Positions 21,581 through 32,000 of a stretch of 32,000 nucleotides of DNA are shown here, one piece after another. The DNA lies in contig NW_008806281.1 in assembly GCF_000400465.1 (NCBI RefSeq), positions 90,001 through 122,000 of the forward strand, in the 5' to 3' direction. Both the position numbers and the translations under genes were made by a program. How positions within the stretch are numbered: the first letter of the stretch is position 1; every line of letters begins with the position of its first letter. Origin of the DNA: Wallemia ichthyophaga EXF-994 (taxonomy: Eukaryota > Fungi > Basidiomycota). The notes beneath the pieces are model-generated. The model saw only the letters and a list, made by a program, of their open reading frames with translations. It was not told the DNA's origin and searched no databases.

Positions 21581-22670
21581 CTAAGGAAAGCGATAGCACG
21601 GAATCAAAAGACAGCAAGCTGCTAAAGATTCAGATGACAATATAAGCAAGAGTATAGCCCACTATAGATGTGTAGAGGCTGGCGTTATGGACTTGGTGGG
21701 TAGGCGCATTTGCATAGCGCACGGCACATAGCAAACAGCAAACACTCACATAGAAGACTAGAGGAACCACGCAGTCAAGACAGCAGAGAGTTTAGATGCT
21801 GTGACGGAGTTGCTCAAAATCAATCCTGAATACTACACGATGTGGAATTATCGTCGTATTATATTATTAAACCTATTCACGGAAATCGGTGTGGATGCAA
21901 CGCAGGAGAAGCTTTCATTTGAGCTTATGTTTACTCTTGGTCTGCTGAAGGAGTTCCCGAAAGTCTACTGGATCTGGAATCACCGGACGTGGGCATTGGA
22001 GACGTTGTCGGCTACTTTCACAGACGAGCAAGCCGATGGGAGATTGTGGGAGTGGAATAATGAATTGAAGATGGTTGACAGTCTGCTGAAATTAGATTCA
22101 CGCAACTTCCATGCCTGGGGATACAGAAGACAGCTGCTCACTCTCATGAATTTCAAGGAAGATAGAAATACAGTCAGCACATTCCCACACGTACTCAGTC
22201 GAGATCAGCTCCTCAAAGAGAAACAGTCGACACTTCACTTCATCGAAAACAACTTCAGTAATTTCTCGGCATGGCATCAAAGAACGAAGATTTTGAGCCA
22301 ATTATGGGCGTTAGATGGAGGCGTTAGTATAGACGATCTCAATGAAGAGTTTGACTTAGTCAAACAGGCTATGTACACCGATCCATCGGATCAGTCGGTT
22401 TGGCTGTATCACAAGTGGTTGATACAACAGGTAGCTGATGAAAATATCGTAGATGTGCTACAAAGAGAGCTGGAGTCTATTAACGAGCTTTATGAGCTTG
22501 AGCCTGAGTCGAAGTGGTGCTTAGAATCTCTCGCTCACTACAACAAACTACTTCATCAACATACTCAAGCGAACGAGCTGCTCCGTAGATACAATGAATA
22601 CCTTACTGAACTCATCACAATTGATCCAGACAGAAAAAATAGATATCTAGACTCCCTTGTAAAGCTGTAA
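21547..22670 (+). CDS. BET4: Rab geranylgeranyltransferase (type II) alpha subunit (exons 21547-21549, 21597-21695, 21762-22670)
   Basis: ATG|GTGAGT...GATAG|CACGGAATCAAAAGA gives the family-typical MHGIKR start. PPTA repeats: NPEYYTMWNYRR, FPKVYWIWNHR, DSRNFHAWGYRR, NFSNFSAWHQR and TDPSDQSVWLYH. Confidence 0.93.
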
Positions 22671-22786
22671 TAATGCAAAATTTCATACAAAAAAATCTAA
22701 TGCATCGCAAGCAATGCTAAATTTATAACAAATTGATTTATCGCTTTAACAAAACATTGCGTAAAATTGTCGTCATTAATAATTAT

Positions 22787-23857
22787 CTACTCGATAGCAC
22801 TGGTTTGATCCTTTGGTGGTTGGTAATCTGGTCTGAAGATGGAGTCAAGGAAGACACCAACACCACCTTCGTTGTTGGTGAGAGTTCTGTGTGTACAGTT
22901 TTCTCTTGGTGCCTTCATGGCGTTACCCATAGAACAAGAGAAACCTGAAGCCTTGAACATTCCAACGTCGTTCTCACCGTCACCGAACGTTATTGTGTTT
23001 TCTGGTGCAATACCGTAAACCTTGCAGAAGTGAGCCAATGCGACAGCCTTGTCAACACCTGGTGGACACAACTCAATAATGTATGGGAGTGCACGAGTCA
23101 ACTTGAATGAGTCTCTTGGGAAACGTGGCTCGTGGAGAAGGAGAGTCATGAAGTCTAAACTATGTCAATTTGACAAATAAGCTAAGTAAAACCAATACTC
23201 ACCTTCAATGACGGTTTCCTCCATTGGACAGAAAATCTTGCAGATGACGACTTCCTCCTTATCAACTTTTTCTAAGAAGTCGGTGCCTCTCTTGTCAGAA
23301 ATTGAAGGATCGAAACCCTTTGAGATTTCGAAGAAATCCTTGTCTGGCCTCTCTTCCAAAGAGACACAGTGGACCTTGTCGTGCTCGTAAAGCATACAGG
23401 TCTTGTTGTGCTTCATCATCATGTCAACAACAGACAAGACGGTGTTTTTGTTGATCTTTTGTTGAGATTGGACGGTGCCGTCTGGGTTGTAAATAATAGC
23501 ACCGTGACAGGCACCAACTGGCATATCGAGGAGGTCACATTCGATACGCATATCATTGATAGATACCAATTGTTTACCAGTAACTGGCAAAATTGGAATT
23601 TCAGGCTTGTTGGCTCTCAACCACTTGAAACAGTCAATAACTCTTGGGTGAACACCGTGGTCATCGTCGAAGAGAGTACCATCAACGTCGGAGATGATCA
23701 TTTTGATCTTGTCTGCAGGGATATTTGGGCCTTCTGGCTTCGATGGTCTTTGCTGGACCGAAGGCTTAGCGAGGGCCTTGATAGAGGAGCGACGACGCTC
23801 AGATTGCTTTGGATCCCAACCTGAGCTGGAGCGACGTTGGTTTTGGCTGCTAATCAT
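22787..23857 (-). CDS. Cof-type HAD-IIB hydrolase/phosphatase (exons 23857-23203, 23154-22787)
   Basis: Motif I ISDVDGTL, motif II VTGK, GVDKAVAL and motif IV FGDGENDVGMF...MGNA. 48-nt intron. Confidence 0.9.
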
Positions 23858-24213
23858 TTTTGTATTTAGCTGTTTTTAGTTAAGAATCAACCAGCGAACG
23901 AAGTACGCTTAAAATGTCCAAACGTGGAGTGCCTGTTTAGATGACGTTGTGATAATACGTCAAATGAATCAATTAATATCTGTATGAATATATTCTAGTT
24001 ATGTGCTCTTCTGCCCGCTATTTATCTCGATTAAATTGTTTCGCGTAATCTTCTTTGGTAAAAATTTTGCAATCGATTGAAATCTAATCGGTTAGGGACA
24101 AAAAAGTTTATTAGGGTGACTTTGTAAGCACATGAATATCTCAGCGTTTCGAGGAAATTCTCATTCACTCCACTCACATCGCCGTAATAATCCGGATTAC
24201 ATTACATTTCATT

Positions 24214-24249
24214 GGATAATATGAGGAGGATAATATGAGGATAGTATGA
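24214..24249 (+). repeat. Short 14-bp direct repeat (GGATAATATGAGGA x2 plus a degenerate partial) downstream of the MetRS stop
   Basis: Units at 24214-24227 and 24228-24241, followed by tagtatga. Confidence 0.6.
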
Positions 24250-24264
24250 TTCTAAATAGATATT

Positions 24265-26479
24265 TTACATGGATTCTAACTTCTTTATCATTGCTTCCAT
24301 ATCATTCTTAAGCTGCTTCAAATGCGCTACTTCTTTATCAAGATCTGCATCATTGATTGAGCCTGACTTGACGTCACGGATCCGATCACCCTGAGCTAAG
24401 ATACTATCATTCAATACCTTTGCTTCTGGTGTATCTGGCACTTTCACTACCTCCTTGGCTGCTTTCGCTGCTTTTGCTTGCTTGGCCAGCTGCTTTTTCG
24501 ACAATTCTGGTTTTGGCTCCTCGCTTTGCATACCACCAAACTTCTTTCTCCAGACGTCTTCCATCTTCTCATCTATACGAGTGAATAGAATGCTTGGTGT
24601 TCCAATTCTGTGTCCTGGGTAAAGATCTATGGCGAATGTTTCTGGTAGAGTGCGTGGTGGTGCGTTCAATTGATTTATGATTGATTCTGAGGTTGATGGC
24701 ATGAATGGGTGCACAGCTGCGCTAAGTATGTAGATGAGATTAATAGCTACCAGTATTGTTCTCTGAGCTCTACGTGGGTGCTCAGCTTATCGCTTTGTTA
24801 GTTTTTAGGGTCTTTCTCACTCTAATCGACTCACCCAAAAGCGCATTGTCGAGCTTGTTCTCTTGTATCCACTCATTACCACGTCTGGACAGTGCAAGGA
24901 CATCCTCCAAGCCAGATCGCAGATGTGCGCGCTCCATAGAGTCAATGTATCTTTTCAGAATCTCATTGATATCCTTAACGAAGCTATTTTTACGTGCCAT
25001 GAATTCGGAATCATCTGAAAAGATGAGATTAGTGTCTTGAGCTTCACCAGGCACAAGACTGTCGAATTTGGCAGCGGTGAACTTGAGAACCTAGACTTCA
25101 CGTTAGCTTTGAGAAGTAAGACAAAATATAACTCACTCTATTGACAAAGTTTCCGAAATTCTTGAGTAAGTTGTTGTTGTTCGCACTGACAAAGTCACTC
25201 CATGTGAACTCAGTGTCACCAGATTCGGGACGACGACTGAGTAAGAAGTATCTCCATACGGATGGTGACAAGCCTGTTTCCTTAGCACTGTTACCAAATA
25301 CACCAACACCCTTTGATTTACTGAACTTTCCACCTTCATATTGGAGATAGTCTGTCGATGAAATGTACTTGAGTCTAGTCCAGTCACGTCCATCTGCTAA
25401 CAACAAGGAAGGGAAGAAACACAAATGGAAATATACGTTATCCTTGCCCATAAATTGGTATAAGTTGACGTTCTTTGGATTTAACCACCATTTCTGCCAC
25501 TGATCGGTGTAATTTGCAGTGATGGAGATATAACCAATTGGAGCATCCATCCAGACATACATGACCTTTCCAGCCATTTCAGCGTCTTCCTCAGCATCTC
25601 CTACGGCTGGTACAGGGACGCCCCACTTAAGATCACGAGTGATTGCAGAAGGTTGAAGACCAGCTTTCATTCTAGCCTCGACAATCTCTCTATCTGAGTT
25701 GATGATAATGTTTGCAGGCCAGTTGTATTGCTTTGCAGTGTCTTTCAACCAACCTTCTAATGATGGCTGCAATTTACCCAAATCCAGGTACATATGAGCA
25801 GTTGGACGAGTTACGAGCTGTGAATTTGGATTCATTTTAGACCTTGGGGATTGTAATTCGAGTGGACTATCAAAAGTACGCGAACACTTGTCACATTGAT
25901 CACCACGAGCGTCGTCTGCTTGACAGTATGGACAAGTACCTTCAACGAATCTATCAGCCAAGAATTTGTCTTCTTCGACGGAATAGATTTGTTCCCTGGT
26001 AGACTTGACAAGGAGATTGTTGCTTCTAATGTTCTTGTAGAAGTCTTGAACAATCTCCGTTTGCTTATCTGTGGAAGTGCGCCCAAATTTATCAAACTCA
26101 ATTTCAAACCAATCGTAGACCTGCTTGTGGATGGCTGTGAACTTGTCACACAATTCCTTCGGAGTGATGCCATCTTCGATAGCCTTCGTCTCTGTTGCCG
26201 TACCGTACTCGTCAGTACCACAAACGTAGAGAGTGTTGCGATTTCTAACTCTGTTAAATCTAGCAAATACGTCTGCGCTGAGTGTACTGCCAATCACATT
26301 TCCCAAGTGCGGTACATTGTTGCAGTCTGAGGTGCTTGTGAGCTGTTGATGGGTATGCCAGCAACCAACCCACAAGGCAGTGCAGATGTGATGAGCACAT
26401 TTTCCCTGTCATCCTCTGGAAGTATAACTTTGTCCTTTTCGACTAATTTCCTCTCCACTTGCTCGTTATACGTCGTCAT
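24265..26479 (-). CDS. MES1: Cytosolic methionyl-tRNA synthetase (exons 26479-26374, 26326-25137, 25090-24835, 24785-24265)
   Basis: [17 protein letters not shown] (HIGH), [10 protein letters not shown], Zn knuckle CPYC...[28 protein letters not shown] (KMSKS-like) and HPFMP. C-terminal WHEP-like helix pair. Confidence 0.97.
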
Positions 26480-26641
26480 AGTTTGAAATGAAGAAAGAAG
26501 ACAGGCTATTTACCGACAAATCTCGTCAAGCTACCAATGTATATCTTTTAAAAGCCACCGCTATTAATCAACACTATTAACATCTGCTGTAAATCTAAAT
26601 TCCCATCTCATCTCTGCACCACCACCACTGAATTCCAGGAT

Positions 26642-29600
26642 ATGGGTGTAAAGGGTCTCTGGCAGCTGCTTCAGCCAGTCGCTAGGCCTGTAAAGTGTGT
26701 AGATCTTGCCATCATCTCCATCTCCCGCTAATTAGATCACCAGACTTGAAATGCTGGGCGGCAAGAGAGTCGCGATAGATTCTTCCATCTGGCTCTACCA
26801 CTTTCTTCGAGCTATCAAGGATAAGCAAGGCCACACCCTCACCAATGCCCACATTCTCGGTTTCCTGAGGCGTATACTCAAAATCCTGTTTTATGGCCTC
26901 AAGCCTGTATTTGTATTCGACGGTGGCGCGCCTAAGCTCAAGAAATCTACCATTGTCAGTTTCGCCTACAAGAACAGCGTGACACCTTATTGACTTACTC
27001 CCAGTCTGAGCGCAAGAACAGACGAGAGGGTGCACGCCAGAGCCACGCATTGATAGCGTCTAAGCTTCTTTCCGCACAGCTGCGCAAGGCAGCTATACAG
27101 CAACAACAGAAGGCGTGAGTCGCGCTTACATTTTAAATGACATCATTACAAACATCACTAACATCACTAATCAGTGAAAAGCGTCCTTCTAAAAGTGGTA
27201 TAGACAACGACGACGCAGATGGAGATGGGAATATAGCTTATCTCGATGATCTCAATAACACAGCTTCACCAGCAAAAAAAGAGCAGAAAGCAGCAACGCA
27301 GAAAAAAAGGCGTCTAGATCCCTACGAATTACCAGCAGCACCTCAGCGTCCCAAGTCCAGCATACCCGATCCGCGTCTAGCTACTGAAGATGAGCTGCGT
27401 GATTTCATATCGACAATGAAACCATCAGATTTCGACACCACTTCCGATGCATTCAAACAGCTTCCTCCGGAAGTGCAGTACGAGCTGATTGGTGATATGA
27501 GATTGAAGTCGAGAAGCACATCTTTCTCTCGCTTAGAGAATATGTTACGAAAATCGTCGACAGCTATCGATTTCTCTAGAGCTCAGATTAATAATTTGAT
27601 GCAAAGGAACGATCTCACTCAAAAACTCATCAACCACTCCGAAGGTATGGGTAAAGAAGAAGACGCGCCGGTTGCTTTACGCGTTTCTACTTCGCGGAAT
27701 AGAGAGTATGTCCTCATGCGTAAGTCTGACAATGAAGGTGGTGGATGGGTGCTCGGTATACAAGACAAGCGAGGTGAAAAAGGTCAGAAACCGATTGAGA
27801 TATCGAGTGATCATGAGAATGAATATGAAAATGATGAAATGCACGTTTCAGAAGACACAGATGAGGATGATTTTGACATGGAGGAGGTGAACATACCTCC
27901 AGCTGTGGTAACAGATATTCCAGTGGTGGAAGATAGACCATCTTCAACGCCACAGCCACCGCAACTTGGATTCGAAGAGAATGAAGCGCAGTCTACCGGT
28001 CTCGATGCTGCTTTAGATGAGAGTATGGTAACCAAAGCCAAAGAAGATAGCTTGAGACTGCTGAAGGAATCTACACGCAGACATCAAGAAAAGGAAAATG
28101 CTACTGAGAGTCTTGACAAGCAGCTGGATTCCATCAAGCATGTGAGGGGTACTGGGAGTGTGGAAGCGTCTAAAAAAGTGGATCATACACCGCCCGATGT
28201 TAGACAAACCATTGTAAAGCCTCCAGTCAAAGCCACATCTGAACGGAAGATGATACCAAAGTATGTACCAGCTAAACCACGAGGAGAGAAGAAGCGGAAT
28301 GTCACGCTGCAAGACTTTCATGCTAAGCAGCCGCAGCAGCTTCCTCAGGAGACACCCCCACCTGACAAAGATATTCCGTTGTTCCCTGACGAAAGTGAGG
28401 AGGAAGAGGCACAGGAACAGGAGCAGAAGGAAAAGGAATCTATGAGCAGCGATGCTGATATGGAGGCGGTTTACTCGAAAGAGAAAGACGAAGTCAAGGA
28501 AAAAACTGAAAATGTTCGTGAGCAGAAGCAGGAGCCGTCAGGGATGATACCAGAGAAACCAAGTAGTCCAATTACAGTGAAGGAGGAAAAGGTCGAGCCA
28601 CTACCTCAGCCTTACGATGTGACGGAGAAGGAAGAGTCAATTGAAGCTTCAGGCGCAGTACCAGCGCAGCCTGATACTGGAGGTGTAGGATTAGACTCAG
28701 ATTCCGAAAGCGCTTATAGCGGCTGGGAGCCAACACCTTCACCCGAAGCATCCACTTCTGCTGAGCAGGCAGTTGAGCATGAAATAGAGCAAGCAGTTGC
28801 ATATGCCGCTGAACAAACCACGGAGCAGCCAAAAATGCAACCCGATGGTGCGCGAGAAATGTCACCACCAATCGACATTGACGCCTCCGATAATGAAATG
28901 GAAGCGCAAGAAGCGATAGAGAATGAAGAAAAGGACTATATAGCATTCAGTAGCAAAGCGAATAACAAAAATTATGATGAGATGCTTGATGAAGCAGACA
29001 AGGATATTCGACGTTTACAGCAGAGTGCGAAGAAAATGTCGGGTGGTAGTGACGACCCTACAGTTCAGATGACTGGCGAAATACAGAAAATGCTCAAAGC
29101 TTTCGGTATTCCTTATATAACAGCTCCAATGGAAGCTGAGGCGCAATGTGCGAAACTCGCCCAACTAAATCTAGTAGATGCAGTTATAACAGATGACAGT
29201 GATATCTTTCTGTTCGGTGCGCCCATCGTATACAAGAATATGTTCAACGATAAGCAGTTTGTGGAGTGCTACGTGTTGGGCGATCTGGAGAAAGACCTGT
29301 CTTTGTCTCGCGATAGACTTATTGAACTGGCATATATCCTTGGATCAGATTATACAAATGGCTTCAGTGGTGTGGGACCAGTCATGGCCATGGAACTATT
29401 GGGTGATTTTGCTCACGAGTCCCCCAACACGCTCACTGGATTCAAGAATTGGTGGACAAAGGTTCAGAATGGCAAGGATACTCAACAGGATACGAGTACG
29501 AAATTTAGAAAGACATTTAAAAAGAAGAATAAGAATTTGCTTCTCGATAAGGAGTTCCCGGATTCTGGTGTCAGAGCTGCTTACTACGGTGCACAGGCTG

Positions 29601-30144
29601 ATGAAAGCAATGAAGAGTTTGTGTGGGGTATACCGGATCTCGATTCTTTGAGAGATTATCTTTACAATTATCTGGGATGGCCTGCTCATAAGACTGACGA
29701 TACTATCATACCTGTCATCAAGCACATGAACAATAGGGTGAGTGGGAGTTTGATTAAATACTGTTTACTAACAAATCTCAGAAACCAGCGCCTCAAACAT
29801 CTCTCGATAGGTTCTTTGATGATAGCGCGGGTAGTGGTGTGTTAGGTCCACGCCCAATGGCTGCGTACTCCAGCAACCGCCTGAAGGAGGTAGTGAGAGC
29901 GTTTAGGGGTGGTAGAGTAGAAGACGACAACGAGGAGGTGGACGAAGATACAGGCAGCAGCAGAAGTAATGGTAAAGGTAGAGGTAGAGGTAGAGGCAAT
30001 GGCAAGAAAGTGACCGCCAGACCACGCAAATCAGCCAAAAATCAGAAGGAGGCTACTAAATCCACAAAGAAAAGGAAGAAGGTGAGCAGCGAAGAAGACG
30101 ACGCTAGCGATAATGCTAGTGCATGGGATAGCGAGGACAATTAG
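26642..30144 (+). CDS. RAD2: XPG/Rad2 nucleotide-excision-repair endonuclease (exons 26642-26694, 26744-26954, 27005-27114, 27175-29737, 29782-30144)
   Basis: N domain MGVKGLWQLL...RVAIDSSIWLYHF...VFVFDGGAP, a long acidic spacer, I domain PYITAPMEAEAQCA...ITDDSDIFLFG...LGSDY, and PIP box QTSLDRFF. Confidence 0.96.
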
Positions 30145-30188
30145 TAAACTAAACTATGAAATGTATTATGAACTGTTGTAACAGTACG

Positions 30189-31371
30189 CTATTGCGAAGT
30201 ATAGAAGTGGTAATCGTCAATGAGAGGTATGTAGTCGCCGACGATGCCTGCTGCAATACCGACCAGTGGCCAATTCTGCAGCCTGCTAACGACTGATTCG
30301 ACGCGCGGTTTAGTGAAGTCGTGCCAAATAGGACCCCGAAGCAAGTATCTATGGGATTGTTAGTGGGGTGTATATATTCATAGCATAACCCACCTAATAA
30401 ATGATTGCTCCCGTCTATTCTGTTCATTAGCCTCAATGCTTGACTTGTTGACGTCAAACGAGTATGGCGACACACCGCTCCTGCTCTTATGACCATACTT
30501 GCGCAGCTGTCTGCTCATTACCGACATGGAAAGCGATAGAAGTAGCGGTGTCCATTCGGATTTGGTTCTCCAAGGTTTAGTGCGCGTCTGTGTCCTAGCG
30601 AACTGGCGTCTGAGTGCCAAAACATACACTAGAGGTTCGGCAATAAGCATGAGTTCCGAGAAAACCTGCGCGCCACTACTCAGCGGCCTCACTAATGCAG
30701 ATGGCGGAGTGAGTGAGTCAGTATCGAGCGCAGTGGCATGCAAGTAGTTATCGACACTTCCATACTTGGTCTTGAGATCGACTACACTCCTCGCTCCTCG
30801 CACACCCCTATTGGCCTCATCGCACTCTGGATCGAGGCTTACATCCTGGTCACGAGAGGGCGTGCATGGCGTTACTAGCGGTCTTAGTTGCGTTTTCAAC
30901 AGAATGACTAACTTCAGTGTAAACTTTAACGCTTCAATTGCCGTTATGTAATTCCATCGATGGCGCGCATATCGACCTTGCTCATCGCGCTTTTCTCGCC
31001 GGTGCATCACTATCTCGCCCAGGAGCTGCAGAGAGGTCGTCAAGGAAAGCAGCTTGGCTGATAGGGCGTGCAGGCGTCCCCAGTTGGAGGATGTGTATCT
31101 GCTGTGTGCGTTGAGAGAGTGCTTCGCAGAGTGCGCATCTTGTGATTGTGTGAGCATGTTGAGTGAGCTGAAGACTGTGTAGCGTATTCGTTAGTATTTT
31201 GCTGTGTATACACTATCATCCCTCACTCATCTCGGCTACTAACTCTGAATCGTCGAAGCGGCCAGGAAGTAGCCATGCCAGCGTACGCAGAGTCGGCTCT
31301 ATAGATTTAGAAAGAGCGATTACTTTGTCTTTCCTGTTAACGTTCCTCACGCTACCGATGTCGTTTGACAT
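30189..31371 (-). CDS. PEX16: Peroxisomal membrane biogenesis protein Pex16 (exons 31371-31227, 31174-30394, 30348-30189)
   Basis: IEPTLRTLAWLLPGRFDDSELVAE, QLLGEIVM, RWNYITAIEALK, IRYLLRGPIWHDFTKP and DYIPLIDDYHFYT. Confidence 0.88.
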
Positions 31372-31431
31372 TTTCGTGATGATTGCTAATGACACAAAGA
31401 AATGCGGTAATTATCTTTACACTACTCATAA

Positions 31432-32000
31432 CTAGTTTACAAGTATCAGGCCGTCAATGCGCTCCCCTGTCTCCGTGCGTTTCCAAGACTCAATTGTCTC
31501 TCCCCACTCACTCACATCATACACTCTGAATCTACGGTCGTGGCCCTTCTTCCCGTAGCCCGAGTATGAGCTTCCACCCCCGAAACAGATCCATGTTCCT
31601 TGAATCAGCCTACATTCGTCAGTCAGGTGGCAGTGTCCATGTGCAATCACTCTTATTTCGTTGGTGGTGGTGTCGCTACCGCGGCGGAGCTCGTTAGCGA
31701 CGTTGAAGAAGCCACCATTTATGCCACTCGCACCGTCACCATCTTCAATGCCTTTACTACCCCATCCTTCTATAGGGGTCCCGTTGGCGTCGAGATCGGC
31801 GGGACTGTCGTAGTATTCACGCAAGGGGATGTGCGCAAATACCAATGCGTTAGCTTTTTGTGGTGTTTGTGATATTCTCTTGTGCGTGTCATCGAAGACT
31901 TCGCCTTGCTTTGGTATGAATGGTCGATTCTCTAGTTTGATGTTGTCCGATTCTTCGACGAACCAATCGATCTGATTCTGCGACTGGTGTGAGAAACGAA
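31432..32000 (-). CDS. Calcineurin-like metallophosphoesterase (Dcr2/Sia1-like), 3' part only; gene extends beyond the window
   Basis: The frame is open from near the window end: SQNQIDWF...ANALVFAHIPLREY...IAHGHCHLTDEC...CFGGGSSYSGYG...RRFRVYDVSEWGETIESWKR. Confidence 0.85.
   Translation of the reverse strand, partial: RFSHQSQNQIDWFVEESDNIKLENRPFIPKQGEVFDDTHKRISQTPQKANALVFAHIPLREYYDSPADLDANGTPIEGWGSKGIEDGDGASGINGGFFNVANELRRGSDTTTNEIRVIAHGHCHLTDECRLIQGTWICFGGGSSYSGYGKKGHDRRFRVYDVSEWGETIESWKRTETGERIDGLILVN

Noticed and set aside
24091-24116. Two TTAGGG hexamers (telomere-like or Tbf1-like sites) and a possible snoRNA nearby
   Set aside because: Only two isolated copies, and I found no convincing box C/D or H/ACA structure.
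7574-26479. MTHFR and MetRS as a putative methionine cluster
   Set aside because: They are about 15 kb apart with unrelated genes between them, and I saw no shared Cbf1/Met31-type motif. Coincidence is likely.
29970-29999. GGTAGA repeat (GRGRGRG) in the XPG C-terminus
   Set aside because: A short RG-type low-complexity run in a basic tail, which is common in nuclear proteins.
11079-30144. FEN1 and XPG (same nuclease superfamily) within 15 kb
   Set aside because: They are ancient paralogues separated by about ten unrelated housekeeping genes. There is no sign of tandem duplication or a functional cluster.

Overview
Extremely compact, intron-containing fungal genomic DNA. It is probably a basidiomycete; the roughly 45-55 nt GT-AG introns and tiny intergenic gaps suggest a Wallemia-like genome, but that is inference. 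By manual splicing of the ORF track I can support 18 protein-coding genes: an ARID/polyQ protein, an M20 amidohydrolase, an orphan 589-aa ORF, MTHFR, a spliced 283-aa hypothetical, FEN1, a Gfo/Idh/MocA oxidoreductase, capping protein alpha, a derlin, ULA1/NAE1, a carnitine acyltransferase, MAD2, BET4, a Cof-type HAD hydrolase, cytosolic MetRS, RAD2/XPG, PEX16 and a partial DCR2-like metallophosphoesterase. There is also one speculative gene in an 850-bp gap. I saw no rRNA, tRNA, CRISPR array or mobile element. The most unusual signal is gene architecture. The divergent MAD2 and BET4 genes have physically overlapping start codons inside one CCATGG palindrome, with ACGCGT (MCB-like) motifs clustered around it. 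The divergent CAP1 and derlin start codons are 17 bp apart and form the two arms of a perfect 10-bp inverted repeat. All exon boundaries were read by eye and need RNA-seq confirmation.
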